DNA of 47,175 bases from the NCBI GenBank assembly GCA_015233055.1, contig JADFYN010000004.1:2039-49213 (forward strand), read 5' to 3'. How positions within the stretch are numbered: the first letter of the stretch is position 1; every line of letters starts with the position of its first letter. Shown one piece after another: positions 9,662 through 21,068 of this stretch. The stretch comes from Deltaproteobacteria bacterium. GTDB lineage: Bacteria > Desulfobacterota > JADFXK01. The notes under the pieces are model-generated. The model ran no database searches. It worked only from the letters and a program-made list of their open reading frames with translations, and was not told the origin of the DNA. The position numbers and the translations under genes are program-made.

Positions 9662-12328
9662 TTACTGTATCGCCTTCATTTCACCCCAGTTGGGGCCGGC
9701 CTTGAGATCCACCACTAAAGGGACGGCCAGAGTGCAGACGTCTTCCATGGAATGTTTGACCAGTGCGGTAATCTGATGGAGTTCCGGTTCCGGAACCTCG
9801 AAAACCAGCTCGTCATGGACCTGCATGAGTAATTTCGCCTTGAATTTATGCATGGATAAGGCGGTGATGACCGCGATCATGGCCTCCTTGATAATATCTG
9901 CAGCGCTGCCCTGGATAACGGTGTTAAAGGCCATCCGTTCGGCGTTTTTCTTGATGGTATGGTTGCGACTGGTGATCCCGGTGATGACCCGTTTGCGGTT
10001 TCGAAGGGTGGTGACGGCCCCGGTCTGCTCGGCCGCGGCAATGACCTTTTCGGTAAATGATTTGACCCCTGGGTATTGAGCGAAATAGTCTTCAATGTAT
10101 TTGTTGGCCATGGCCGGGGTGATATGCAGTTCCTTGCTCAGCCGGAAGCCGCTCATACCGTAAATAACCCCGAAGTTGACGACCTTGGATAATCGGCGCA
10201 TGTCGCCGGTGATATCCGGTGGCTTAACCTTAAACAGTTTTATGGCTGTGGCCGTGTGGATATCTCGCCCTTCCCGAAAAGCCTGAAGCAGGGTGTCATC
10301 TTGGGTGAAGTGGGCCAGAACGCGCAATTCGATTTGGGAATAGTCGGCCGACAACATCACCTGCCCCGGCGGCGCAATAAAGGCGCGTCTAATATTGTGG
10401 GCGTGTTCGTCACCCACCGGGATGTTCTGCAGATTGGGTTGACTGGAACTCAACCGCCCCGTGGCCGTAACCGTTTGATTATAAGTGGTGTGAATTCTGC
10501 CCGTGGCCGGATTGATCTCGGCCAGCAGACCGTCGACAAAAGTGGATTTCAACTTGGCCAGACCGCGGTAGTCCATGACCTTGGCCGGGAGGGGATGGAG
10601 AGGAGCCAACAACTCCAAGACTTCTTCATCGGTGGAATAGGCGGTCTTTTTCTTGGTCTTTTTTTGTTGCGGTAGACCCAACTTGTCGAACAGGATAAAT
10701 CCCAATTGTTTTGATGAATTGATGTTAAAGGATTGGTCGGCCAGAAGGTGGATTTCTTTTTCCAGGTCATTCAGTTTCTGGTCAATATCCGCAGAGACTT
10801 CCCGCAAGTAGTCCGCATCCGGTAAAACTCCCGTAGACTCCATCTCCGCCAGAATCGGGACCAGGGGCATTTCGATCCGACGGTACAGGTCATATAAGTT
10901 CTGGGCCTGAAGTTCCTTGACCTTCTGATCAAAATGGCGGCTGACGGCCTGCGCCGCGGCACACGCCAGGGGGGCATATGTTTTGGGAGAAGTATCCTGA
11001 GCTAAGGGCAAAGCCAACTGCCGGCGCGGTTGATCACCGTCTGGAACTAACCGGTCATCTATGGCCGTGATGTCGTGTAACCTTGTTTCCGGGTCGAGTA
11101 AGTAGGAAGCCACCATCAAATCGTCCAGCGGACCGCCCGGAAGAAGCCCCATTCGGACCAGCCGCGGCCATTGAGCCTTGATGTCATGACTGGCCTTGGG
11201 CAGCGCCGGTTGACCCAGCAGATTTTGGAGCTGGACGACCGAATCCTGGTCGCACGGCCAGGGAACATACACCATCCTGGAATCGGCCATGAGGGCCAGA
11301 CCGGCCGGGATGGCGGCTGCCTTGGGACCGGGAGCACCGGCACAGTAGAAAATCAACCGGTCGGTTTCCCGGATGGACTCCAGATAAGATCTTAGCCCGG
11401 CATTGTCCTGGATTACCAGATAGTCGGGCGCCTTTTCGGGTTCCGGTGGTTCGATCTGCTCGACCGGTTCGGTGGCCAGTTCAGCCGCCAGTTTCTTTAG
11501 CCCCAGGCGGGAGAAAACATCCAACAGCCCACGGTTGTCTCTGGGGCCGGGACAAAGCAATCCGGGATCAACATCAATCTCAGCCTGGGTCCGGATAGTC
11601 ACCAGGTCTTTGGAAAGATAGGCAGTATCTTTGTGTCTGGCTAGTAACTCCCGCTGGCGTTCGGGCTTGACCTGATCCAGGTGCTGGTATATGGCGTCCA
11701 GCGTTCCGAAAGACTCGATCAGTTTTTGGGCCGTCTTGGGACCGATCCCTGGGATACCCGGCACATTGTCGCCGGCGTCGCCGGTCAAGGCCATGAAATC
11801 AATCACTTGATCCGACCGGACGCCCAATTTTTCGACCACTTGAGCCTCGCCGAGCCACAGGTCTTTTTGGCCGTCCCACATGAGGATGTCTTGGGAAATA
11901 AGCTGCATAAAATCTTTGTCCCCAGAGACGATGACTACTTTTTTTCCGGCCGCGGCTTCTCGGGCGGCCAGCGTCCCGATAATATCGTCTGCCTCCCAGC
12001 CGGACCGGGCCAGATGGAAAATGCCTAGTAGCTCTATGAGTTGAAGAATGACGGGGATCTGGACAATCAGATCTTCGGGCATGATGCTGCGGTTGGCTTT
12101 GTAATCAGGATAAATATCTTTCCGAAAGGATGGCTCGGGAGAATCGAAGATCACGCCGATGTATTTCGGTTTTTTTTCTTTCAATATCTTTAACAACATA
12201 TTGCCGAAAACCATGACGGCATTGGTTGGTGTCCCATCAGGCGCAGTGAGGTTGCTGACCGCATAAAAGGCCCGGTACAGGTATGAGCTGCCATCAATAA
12301 GGTAAACCACCTGCCTTTGCTCCGGCAT
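9662..12328 (-). CDS. polA: DNA polymerase I
   Basis: 5' nuclease (GDKDFMQL, GIPGIGPKTA). Pol motifs A DYSQIELRVLAH, B RRLSKVVNFGVIYG and C QVHDELVFE. The start is set at the ATG at 12328, after GGGAGG plus 5 nt. The track start at 12352 is an upstream GTG. Confidence 0.95.
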   Translation of the reverse strand: MPEQRQVVYLIDGSSYLYRAFYAVSNLTAPDGTPTNAVMVFGNMLLKILKEKKPKYIGVIFDSPEPSFRKDIYPDYKANRSIMPEDLIVQIPVILQLIELLGIFHLARSGWEADDIIGTLAAREAAAGKKVVIVSGDKDFMQLISQDILMWDGQKDLWLGEAQVVEKLGVRSDQVIDFMALTGDAGDNVPGIPGIGPKTAQKLIESFGTLDAIYQHLDQVKPERQRELLARHKDTAYLSKDLVTIRTQAEIDVDPGLLCPGPRDNRGLLDVFSRLGLKKLAAELATEPVEQIEPPEPEKAPDYLVIQDNAGLRSYLESIRETDRLIFYCAGAPGPKAAAIPAGLALMADSRMVYVPWPCDQDSVVQLQNLLGQPALPKASHDIKAQWPRLVRMGLLPGGPLDDLMVASYLLDPETRLHDITAIDDRLVPDGDQPRRQLALPLAQDTSPKTYAPLACAAAQAVSRHFDQKVKELQAQNLYDLYRRIEMPLVPILAEMESTGVLPDADYLREVSADIDQKLNDLEKEIHLLADQSFNINSSKQLGFILFDKLGLPQQKKTKKKTAYSTDEEVLELLAPLHPLPAKVMDYRGLAKLKSTFVDGLLAEINPATGRIHTTYNQTVTATGRLSSSQPNLQNIPVGDEHAHNIRRAFIAPPGQVMLSADYSQIELRVLAHFTQDDTLLQAFREGRDIHTATAIKLFKVKPPDITGDMRRLSKVVNFGVIYGMSGFRLSKELHITPAMANKYIEDYFAQYPGVKSFTEKVIAAAEQTGAVTTLRNRKRVITGITSRNHTIKKNAERMAFNTVIQGSAADIIKEAMIAVITALSMHKFKAKLLMQVHDELVFEVPEPELHQITALVKHSMEDVCTLAVPLVVDLKAGPNWGEMKAIQ

Positions 12329-12401
12329 GAGTTCCTCCCAGATTATTGCCACAGTTGGGCGCGGCGGATGAGTCGGGTTCGATACTTTTCAGTTCGGGGT
12401 G

Positions 12402-13457
12402 CTAATTGTTGACCAGGATCAAGAATTCCGGATTGTCCTTTAATCCGTCGATGAAGGGCTTCTGGTCCGGTTTGCCGGTGGCGGCATCGTAACGAAGAAT
12501 CTGATTGGTCAGGCGACTGGCCACATAAAGGTACTTGTCCGGACCAAAGGCCAGCCCCGACGGCGATGACAAACCGCCCGATTTGGGGGTGATGAAGTCT
12601 TCCGTCTGGCCGGTTTTTAAATTATATCTTGGAACTGCATCGCGGCCGGAACTACCGATGTAAAGGTAGTCGCCTGCGGGGCTGAACAGCAGATGAGCCG
12701 GCTGAATCAATTTATCGGAAACGATCTTGCCCAGATAGGTGGCGGTTTGTCCATCATATTTTTTGATACTGTTGTCATCCCGGTCGGCTACGTAGAGATT
12801 CCCATCGGGTCCGAACGCGGCATCCTGGGCGGCTTTCAGGCCATTCTGTATTTGGGTTGATGACGGCACAAAGGTGCCTGGATAAAAGTTTCCAACTCCC
12901 AGGAGGGAGGACGGCAACTTCATGGGCTGGGCAGGTTCAAATATTGTTGATTTCGGGCCATAATAGCGTGAAATAACATCTGTATCCTGACTGGAGAGGT
13001 AAAGATTTCCGTCAGAGCTGAAGATTGCGCTCAAAGGGTGATCCAGGCCGGGATTAAGGCCGGCAGAGTGTTGCACAAAGACCTTGCTGAAATCGTACTG
13101 GCCATTAGCATTCAGTTGGCCTTTAAATTGGAGCACCTGGCTATAGTCCTTATAGGCATTGACTACGTAGAGATTAGCGTCGGGACCAAAGGTGAAGCCG
13201 CGCAGTTCCCTCAAAGTAACACCGGCCGGTAGGCTGCTCTCATTCAGGGCCTTACCTTTTGCTGTTCCGTCCAGGCCGTAAATCATGATGTTGTTAATTG
13301 AACTTGAACTACTGCCACCAGTAAAGCTGATATACCATTTGGGTTCTCCCGAGGAGTTGGCCGGGGTATCGCCTCCACCGCCGCAGGCTGCCAAGAACAA
13401 CAGGGAAGTCACCAAACCAAAGACCAAGAGCAACGGTTGAAGTTTTTTTCTAAACAT
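12402..13457 (-). CDS. Lipoprotein with NHL/beta-propeller repeats
   Basis: Signal peptide plus lipobox (LLFLAAC). Repeated FGPDxNLYV(A/V) blades, about 5-6 of them. GGAGGA RBS. Confidence 0.8.
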   Translation of the reverse strand: MFRKKLQPLLLVFGLVTSLLFLAACGGGGDTPANSSGEPKWYISFTGGSSSSSINNIMIYGLDGTAKGKALNESSLPAGVTLRELRGFTFGPDANLYVVNAYKDYSQVLQFKGQLNANGQYDFSKVFVQHSAGLNPGLDHPLSAIFSSDGNLYLSSQDTDVISRYYGPKSTIFEPAQPMKLPSSLLGVGNFYPGTFVPSSTQIQNGLKAAQDAAFGPDGNLYVADRDDNSIKKYDGQTATYLGKIVSDKLIQPAHLLFSPAGDYLYIGSSGRDAVPRYNLKTGQTEDFITPKSGGLSSPSGLAFGPDKYLYVASRLTNQILRYDAATGKPDQKPFIDGLKDNPEFLILVNN

Positions 13458-13493
13458 TGATTCCTCCGATCATGTGGTTATCCGGGATTTGTA

Positions 13494-14138
13494 TTATTCG
13501 ATGGAAAAAACGAAAATTTGTCTTTTGTCTCCGGAAATCGGCAAGTCTAGCTGGAGGTGGGTGACCAACTTGAACGGTTTGGCCTCAGCCGACAAGTGGT
13601 TCACATTTGTCCCTGGACCGGCCATAATGAGCAGACGGCCATGGGGATTCAGATATGGCTGAGAGATTGTAAACATTTTTTCGGGAGCGGCCAGGGCGCG
13701 GGCGGTAACTAACCCATGACCCGGCAAGTCGGGAGGAGGATGAAAGATATCACCGTGAATAAGCCTTATTTTTTTTAGCCCCAGCAGACCGCTGACGTAA
13801 CGGAGAAAGTTTATTTTTTTGGCCGAAGATTCGACTACCGTAATATCCAGATCCGGCGCCATGATTCCTAACGGGAATGATGGGAAACCGGCCCCCGCCC
13901 CTAAGTCGGCCAGGTTGTCAGCCGCCGCCGAAAAAGGCAGAATGGTCAGAGAATCAATGAAATGCTTTAAAATAATGTCCCGGTCGCCGGTAATGGAGGT
14001 CAATGAAGCAATTTTATTCCATTTTTTAAGCTCAGCCAGGTACACCATGAACCTGTCTATTGTCTCATCAGTCAGGTTCAGGTCAAGACAGGCCGCGGCT
14101 TGCCGCATTAACTCTCTGTTTTTGTTTTCTGCCGGCAT
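13494..14138 (-). CDS. rsmG: 16S rRNA (guanine527-N7)-methyltransferase RsmG (GidB)
   Basis: SAM motif DLGAGAGFP. Position immediately after mnmE, with 3 nt between the mnmE stop and the rsmG ATG. Typical length. Confidence 0.88.
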   Translation of the reverse strand: MPAENKNRELMRQAAACLDLNLTDETIDRFMVYLAELKKWNKIASLTSITGDRDIILKHFIDSLTILPFSAAADNLADLGAGAGFPSFPLGIMAPDLDITVVESSAKKINFLRYVSGLLGLKKIRLIHGDIFHPPPDLPGHGLVTARALAAPEKMFTISQPYLNPHGRLLIMAGPGTNVNHLSAEAKPFKLVTHLQLDLPISGDKRQIFVFSIE

Positions 14139-14141
14139 GGG

Positions 14142-15527
14142 CTATTTCCCAATACAAAAAGAATCAAAGATCCGGTTCAGTATTTCGTCGGGATAGGTCT
14201 CACCTATGATGGCCCCAAGATGTCCCAGGGCCACATTGATGTCCGCCGCGACGAATTCAGGGGACAAGTTGTTTCGGATGGCGTTTTCGGCAGTTAGTAA
14301 TGAGGTCCGAACCAGGTCCAACAGTTCGGCTTGACGTCGATTTGGAACCACCTCCGGCAGAGATGAAAATTCATGTTGCCCCAGAACGACTGATTTAATA
14401 GTCCTTTTAAGCACATCCAACCCCTGGCCGGTAACCGCGGAAATGGCCGCCACCCGGTCGGAATTAAATATTTCTTTGAGCTTATCCAACTGGTTGGCCG
14501 GCGGCAGATCACATTTATTGGCCACTATAATCATCGGCTTATCTCCGGCCAGGCCGACCAGGGAAAGATCATCAGGGTGGATTTTAACCGACCCGTCGAG
14601 CACATACAATACCAAATCGGCTAGTTGAAGCAGTTCCATGGTTTTTTCTTGAGCCAGGCGTTCCGGTTCATCCGCATGTGACCGGATGCCGGCCGTGTCG
14701 CAAATAACCACCGGTAATCCTTCGATGGACATAGTCTCTTCAATGAAGTCCCTGGTGGTGCCTGGTACGGCGGTGACGATGGCCCGTGATTCATTGAGCA
14801 AGGCATTGAGCAGACTGGATTTGCCGGCATTCACCCGGCCCAGAATGATGGTTTTGATACCCTGGCGATAAATTCGGCCTTGCTGGTAAGCCTCGATCAG
14901 GTCCGAGACAGGGTCAATGGCTTTCCGGCGGAGGTAAACAGCGGCTTCGGAGTAAGAAATAATTTCTATTTCTTCGTCCGGGAAATCAATGGCTGTCTCC
15001 AGATCCATCAACAGACTGATCAAGCCTTCTCGGACGGCCTCAATGCGGCTAAGCAATCGTCCTTGAAGAAGGTGGGAGGCCATTGCCGCGGCCCGGTCGG
15101 TCTGGGCGTTGACCAGGTCCATCACGGCTTCGGCTTGGGTCAGGTCAATGCGGCCGTTCAGGAATGCCCGCTTGGTAAATTCACCCGGCTCAGCCGGCCT
15201 GGCTCCGTGGGCCAAAACCAGCGACAGAATGGCATCGATCACTGCCGGGCCGCTATGGCACTGGATTTCTACCACATCCTCCCGAGTATAGGAAAATGGG
15301 GCGCTCATCACGGTCAACATGACTTCGTCTAACCAGGAGTTGGAAGATGGCTCTTTGATGTGACCATAATACAAATGATGGGACGTAAACGAGCAGGTAG
15401 GATTTTGGGGAATGAAGATGGCCCGGGCGATGGACTCGGCTAGCGGGCCGCTGACCTTGACAACTCCGATTCCTCCCCGGCCAAAGGGAGTAGCCACTGC
15501 GGCGATGGTGTCTGCGAGTTCCGGCAT
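14142..15527 (-). CDS. mnmE: tRNA modification GTPase MnmE (TrmE)
   Basis: N-terminal TIAAVATPFGRGGIGVVKVSG. G motifs GRVNAGKSSLLN, DTAGIR and NKCD. C-terminal FCIGK. Confidence 0.95.
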   Translation of the reverse strand: MPELADTIAAVATPFGRGGIGVVKVSGPLAESIARAIFIPQNPTCSFTSHHLYYGHIKEPSSNSWLDEVMLTVMSAPFSYTREDVVEIQCHSGPAVIDAILSLVLAHGARPAEPGEFTKRAFLNGRIDLTQAEAVMDLVNAQTDRAAAMASHLLQGRLLSRIEAVREGLISLLMDLETAIDFPDEEIEIISYSEAAVYLRRKAIDPVSDLIEAYQQGRIYRQGIKTIILGRVNAGKSSLLNALLNESRAIVTAVPGTTRDFIEETMSIEGLPVVICDTAGIRSHADEPERLAQEKTMELLQLADLVLYVLDGSVKIHPDDLSLVGLAGDKPMIIVANKCDLPPANQLDKLKEIFNSDRVAAISAVTGQGLDVLKRTIKSVVLGQHEFSSLPEVVPNRRQAELLDLVRTSLLTAENAIRNNLSPEFVAADINVALGHLGAIIGETYPDEILNRIFDSFCIGK

Positions 15528-15550
15528 ACCTACCTGGGGGAAAGTCGGCC

Positions 15551-15601
15551 AGACGCAACGAAGGCCCGAGTTAGTAGTCCCAAGCCGGTCTTGTTGCGTC
15601 T
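15551..15601 (-). other. Extended RNA stem-loop in the jag-mnmE spacer
   Basis: A 9-bp outer helix (AGACGCAAC / GTTGCGTCT) encloses an inner 8-bp helix (GGCUUGGG/CUCGGGCC on the minus strand). No U-run follows it. Confidence 0.4.
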
Positions 15602-15627
15602 GGGAGTTGACTGATAGGGAACGAATT

Positions 15628-16401
15628 TCACTCCGCCGGTTGTTGGGGGGCTGACTTGTCAGAAGATAGTTTCTGGGGAATGATGACGATCTTCTTCATC
15701 AGGCCTTCACCTTTACTCTTGGTGCGGACGCCTTGGATATTTTGCAGAGTGAGGTGAATAATCCGTCGATCATGAGCGTTCATCGGGCTGATGGTTACCG
15801 GTTTACCGATTCTCTTAGCTTTCTCACTCATTTTCAGGGCTAAATCGGACAAGGTCCGGTCTCTTCTTTTCCGATACTCTTCGGTGTCAATGGTTACTTT
15901 GACTTTTTCAGAAAAGGTCTTGTTGATTATTTTGTTGACGATATACTGCAAGGCGTCGAGTGTTTGGCCCTTCCGCCCGATGAGAATGCCGATTTTTGAG
16001 CCGTGGATGGACAAATGGACTTGACTTCCCGATCCTTCAGCCGAAACTTCGTTTTCAATTTGAAAATGGGAGAGGATATTGATCAGTATGGTTTTGGCCA
16101 CGGGAGCAGCCTCTTCACCGGTCTTGTTTTCAGGTTTGTCTGGTTCGGCCGGGGAGGGCGATTCTTCCGCAGACACCGCAACCGGGGCCAAAGTCTTACG
16201 AGGTGGTTCACAACGGCATGTTTCGTCCTTAACTCGGACCTTGATTTTGGCTTTCCTGACTCCGACCAGACCAAAAATTCCGGTGGAACCTTTTGAGATA
16301 ACCTCATATTGTAGCTTATCTTCGGCTATTTGGAAGCGTTTGCTGGCCTGCTTAATCGCTTCTTCAACGCTTCCAGCTTCTATTTCTTCAAAGGACGGCA
16401 T
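15628..16401 (-). CDS. jag: Jag/KhpB-type RNA-binding protein (Jag_N, KH, R3H)
   Basis: R3H motif HDRRIIHLTL. KH-like GRKGQTLDALQYI. Conserved position after yidC. Confidence 0.88.
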   Translation of the reverse strand: MPSFEEIEAGSVEEAIKQASKRFQIAEDKLQYEVISKGSTGIFGLVGVRKAKIKVRVKDETCRCEPPRKTLAPVAVSAEESPSPAEPDKPENKTGEEAAPVAKTILINILSHFQIENEVSAEGSGSQVHLSIHGSKIGILIGRKGQTLDALQYIVNKIINKTFSEKVKVTIDTEEYRKRRDRTLSDLALKMSEKAKRIGKPVTISPMNAHDRRIIHLTLQNIQGVRTKSKGEGLMKKIVIIPQKLSSDKSAPQQPAE

Positions 16402-16416
16402 GTTTTCCTCCGGTAA

Positions 16417-18087
16417 TCAGGAGAGGTTACGATTGATGTAGGCCTGCTGCCCAATAGAAATGATATTATTCACCAGCCAGTAGAGGACCAGTCCTGATGG
16501 GAAGTTGATGAACATGAAGGTGAATACGATGGGCAATGCCATCATTACTTTGGCTTGGGTGGGATCGCCTGGGGCCGGGGTCATCTTCTGTTGAAGAAAC
16601 ATAGATGCGCCCATTAGAAGGGTTAGGACAGGTATCCCGCCGACAAAGGGAATGTCGAAACCGATATGGAGGCGATCAGGAGCGGACAGGTCGTTTATCC
16701 AGAGACAAAAAGGTGCGTGCCGAAGTTCGATAGCCCCCCCAAGTAGCCGATAGAGGGCGATAAAAACGGGCAGTTGGATAAGCATGGGCAAGCAGCCGCC
16801 AAACGGGTTAACTTTGTAAGTCTTGTACAAACTCATCAGCTCTTGATTTAACTTGGTTTTGTCATCCTTGAATTTCTCCCTTAATTTAGTGATCATTGGT
16901 TGGATTTTCTTCATGTCGTTCATCGATTTATAACTTTTGTGCGTCAACGGCCAGAAAACAATTTTGACCAAGATAGTCATGAAAATAATGGATATGCCGT
17001 AATTGTGAACGACTTTATAAGAATAATCAAAGAGATACAAGAAAGGCTTGGCGATGATGTCAAACCAACCGAAATCAATCGCTCGATCAAGAGAGATGTT
17101 AAGACTTTTTAGTATAGCCAGATTCTTTGGGCCGAAGTAAAGTAAATAACTGGAGGTATGCTTTTCCTGCGGCCTTATCTGAATGGCGGGACCGATAAAT
17201 GAAGCTTTGACCACATGTTTGGCTTTGTCTAGAAGACCGGCCTGGACGGTGGCCTCAATTGACTGTTTGGGGATGACGGCGGAAATGAAGAAGGGATTTT
17301 CATAACCTACCCAACCGATAATCCCTGTTTTTTTAAGCCCTTTCTCCAGACTGCCAACTTCTTCTTCTTCGAGATGGCGGTCAATCAGCGCCCCCAACCC
17401 GGTGAACCCATATTGGTTTCCGGTCGTTTCAAAAGGCCCGGAGATAATGTTTAAGATCAAGTTGTCGTTTATGATCTCATTTGAGTTGTTTTCTATGGTT
17501 ACAGACAAATCAAAGAGGTAGGAATCAGATTTGAACTCGAAGACTTTCTTGATGGTCACCCCGGAGAGCGTGATCAGGCTGAAGGCCACGGCCCCGGTGT
17601 TTTCGCGATCCCCAAGAGAGAGTTTATCTTTATCCGCGGTGAATATAGCCTGGTCCAGGTCCGGGATTGACTTGTTGGTTGATTCAAGGCCCAGTGGTGT
17701 TCGGTCCAGCGCCTGTTCGTTGACCATTTCCATCGGCGGTGAGTCGGAAGCCACAGTTTTTCGATATTTTTTCAACTGGAAGCTCACCAGCCTGGCTCCG
17801 GCTTCAGTGAATCCTGCCTTGAACAGGTCGTTTTCAACCGTAATGATACGGGGCGCTTTAGATGAAGAAGGTGTCACCGCTGGTGATGATTTGATCTGGG
17901 GCTGCGCCGCGGCAGGACTGGTTGCTTCGCCCTGTGGCGCCCCGGCTTCCTTTTTTTCCGTCTGCTTCTCGGGCTGATTGAGGCCCCCGGCCGGAGGAAT
18001 CGGTCTGACAAGGGGAGACACAAACTGCAGATACACAAAGAGAATAATCATAGAGCAAACAAATGCCAATAGCGCATTTCTTTCCAT
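16417..18087 (-). CDS. yidC: Membrane protein insertase YidC
   Basis: 556 aa with an N-terminal TM, a large periplasmic domain, and a C-terminal 60-kDa IMP core (GCLPMLIQLPVFIALY). Confidence 0.95.
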   Translation of the reverse strand: MERNALLAFVCSMIILFVYLQFVSPLVRPIPPAGGLNQPEKQTEKKEAGAPQGEATSPAAAQPQIKSSPAVTPSSSKAPRIITVENDLFKAGFTEAGARLVSFQLKKYRKTVASDSPPMEMVNEQALDRTPLGLESTNKSIPDLDQAIFTADKDKLSLGDRENTGAVAFSLITLSGVTIKKVFEFKSDSYLFDLSVTIENNSNEIINDNLILNIISGPFETTGNQYGFTGLGALIDRHLEEEEVGSLEKGLKKTGIIGWVGYENPFFISAVIPKQSIEATVQAGLLDKAKHVVKASFIGPAIQIRPQEKHTSSYLLYFGPKNLAILKSLNISLDRAIDFGWFDIIAKPFLYLFDYSYKVVHNYGISIIFMTILVKIVFWPLTHKSYKSMNDMKKIQPMITKLREKFKDDKTKLNQELMSLYKTYKVNPFGGCLPMLIQLPVFIALYRLLGGAIELRHAPFCLWINDLSAPDRLHIGFDIPFVGGIPVLTLLMGASMFLQQKMTPAPGDPTQAKVMMALPIVFTFMFINFPSGLVLYWLVNNIISIGQQAYINRNLS

Positions 18088-18105
18088 TGAGACTCCTGAC
18101 CTGGG

Positions 18106-18357
18106 TTATCTTAAAGGGTCATAACCGCCGGGATGGAATGGGTGGCATCTCAAAAGCCTCCAGAGCGTGAGACAACACCCTCGTATCAGGCCATATTTCT
18201 CCACAGCCTGGTAGGAATATTCTGAGCAGGTGGGATAAAACCGGCATGTGGGGGGCAATAGCGGCGAAATAACATATTTGTACGCGCGGATTAGGTTCAG
18301 CGTAAGCTTAGCCGGGGTTAATTCTTTCCACGCCCCGGATAACGTTTTTGAACTCAT
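18106..18357 (-). CDS. yidD: Membrane protein insertion efficiency factor YidD
   Basis: Motifs [22 protein letters not shown] and HPGGYDP. It overlaps the rnpA 3' end by 50 nt if the ATG is used. Confidence 0.85.
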   Translation of the reverse strand: MSSKTLSGAWKELTPAKLTLNLIRAYKYVISPLLPPTCRFYPTCSEYSYQAVEKYGLIRGCCLTLWRLLRCHPFHPGGYDPLR

Positions 18358-18709
18358 CAGACACCTGATGAAAGGAGAGATCTCGCCAGACGGGTTTGGC
18401 GATGACTACGAGGTCAATGCCCTGGGGAAAAGCTTCTCTGTTTTGTCGAAAGAATTCTCGAATGAGGCGCCTGATCCGATTTCTAACAACGGCATTCCCC
18501 ACCCGTCGGGAAATTCCCAGGCCAATTCTGGTCACACCAACATCATTATTGCTATATTTAATGATAAAGTGCTCAGTATGGATCTTCCGCCCACGTAATC
18601 TGTTAGCTTCATGATCCTTTTTATTCCGGATGCGGAGTGACCGGGACAGCCCGTGTGGTTTTAGTTTTTCTCTTTTCAAATGCGTTACGCGAACCAGCCG
18701 GTTAGGCAC
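18308..18709 (-). CDS. rnpA: Ribonuclease P protein component
   Basis: A basic protein with [21 protein letters not shown], located between rpmH and yidD. The start is uncertain (GTG at 18709 or a downstream TTG). Confidence 0.85.
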   Translation of the reverse strand: MPNRLVRVTHLKREKLKPHGLSRSLRIRNKKDHEANRLRGRKIHTEHFIIKYSNNDVGVTRIGLGISRRVGNAVVRNRIRRLIREFFRQNREAFPQGIDLVVIAKPVWRDLSFHQVSDEFKNVIRGVERINPG

Positions 18710-18731
18710 TTGCCACTAATGTTGATCCAGA

Positions 18732-18866
18732 CTAGGCGGCCAGTCGCTTCCGGCCTTTGGCTCGTCTGTTTGCGATGACCAAGCGTCCGCCCTTAGCGCT
18801 CATGCGCTTAAGAAAACCGTGGGTTCTCTTCCTTCGTAGATTGTGCGGTTGATATGTTCTTTTCAT
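18732..18866 (-). CDS. rpmH: 50S ribosomal protein L34
   Basis: Hand translation gives [44 protein letters not shown] (44 aa). It falls below the ORF-track length cut-off. Canonical position upstream of rnpA. Confidence 0.93.
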   Translation of the reverse strand: MKRTYQPHNLRRKRTHGFLKRMSAKGGRLVIANRRAKGRKRLAA

Positions 18867-19023
18867 GTTAATTATCCTTTGCTGAAGAAGTTGGCTCTGT
18901 TAACCATAAGATCAGTCCTTTGTCAAGAATATAATTGATTCTGTGTAAATTAAGAGCTGGTTGAATGAATTCTCTCGACAGGGTCGTTTTTTTCTGTTAA
19001 TTACTTTTGTTGATTTTCAGTAG

Positions 19024-20091
<1,068 letters not shown>

Positions 20092-20219
20092 GCTTTTCGG
20101 TCGAACCGCGGCCGGCCTATTCATCGGCTTAATCCACACCCAGATTAGGGGCAAAACAATCGTCCCCAATTATCGGCAAATTTCTAACCCCCAGCCATGC
20201 CTAAGCACCTTGAGGACTA

Positions 20220-21068
20220 GTGTCGTTTTTCAATAGATTCCAAGCGCCAATTATCACTGGCCTGGTGGCTGTCGCCATACTGACTATAATCTCTTTTGAT
20301 TTCGGTCGACAAAAGAGTTTTAGTCCCGTTGAGAAGTTTTTTGTCGAACTCATCGGTCCAGTCCAGAAATCAATTGCTTCCTCCCAGAAATCCCTCGCCG
20401 GTTTTCTCAAGGATTATCTGAACCTATTAGATGTGCGCCGGGAAAACGAATTACTGAAAGACGAGATCGACCGACTTAGATTTGAGAATGACCGGTTTCG
20501 AGAGGACGCCTTAACGACTCAGCGTCTTAGAGACCTTCTCCATTTTAAGAACAACACCGGCTTTGACATGGTCGGGGCCAAAATTGTGGGCCGGGACTCC
20601 TCGGCCTGGTATAAAACGGTGATTATCGATCGCGGCTCAAAAGACGGGATGGAAACCAATTTGCCCGTTATAACCCACCGAGGACTGGTGGGGCGGGTTA
20701 TCAGCACGTCGTCCCACTATTCCAAGGTATTGTTGATTATTGATCATAACAGCTCGGTCGACGCCGTTATTCAAAGCAGCAGAACCAAAGGCATCTTGGT
20801 TGGACAATCGGAAACCACCTGTCGCCTTAAATACATTTTACGTAAGAATCAAGTCGTCGCCGGAGACAATATCATTACTTCGGGGCAATGCGGTATCTAC
20901 CCCAGCGGCATTTTAATTGGCCGAGTAACTAGGATCTGGCCGGCCAAGACGGGAATTTTTCAGGAAGTGGAAGTCGAACCTGGGGTGGACTTCACGCGTC
21001 TGGAGATGGTCATGGTTGTTCTTAGATCCGCGCAACCTGATTTTTATGAATCTTCGGACGGAAAATGA
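20220..21068 (+). CDS. mreC: Rod shape-determining protein MreC
   Basis: N-terminal TM, a coiled coil (ENELLKDEIDRLRFEN) and beta-barrel repeats (VITHRGLVGRV..., IITSGQCGIYPSGILIGRV). Confidence 0.9.
   Translation: MSFFNRFQAPIITGLVAVAILTIISFDFGRQKSFSPVEKFFVELIGPVQKSIASSQKSLAGFLKDYLNLLDVRRENELLKDEIDRLRFENDRFREDALTTQRLRDLLHFKNNTGFDMVGAKIVGRDSSAWYKTVIIDRGSKDGMETNLPVITHRGLVGRVISTSSHYSKVLLIIDHNSSVDAVIQSSRTKGILVGQSETTCRLKYILRKNQVVAGDNIITSGQCGIYPSGILIGRVTRIWPAKTGIFQEVEVEPGVDFTRLEMVMVVLRSAQPDFYESSDGK

Noticed and set aside
9552-9776. A 74-aa plus-strand ORF bridging the MNT and polA genes.
   Set aside because: It is antisense to two supported genes and has no RBS or motifs.
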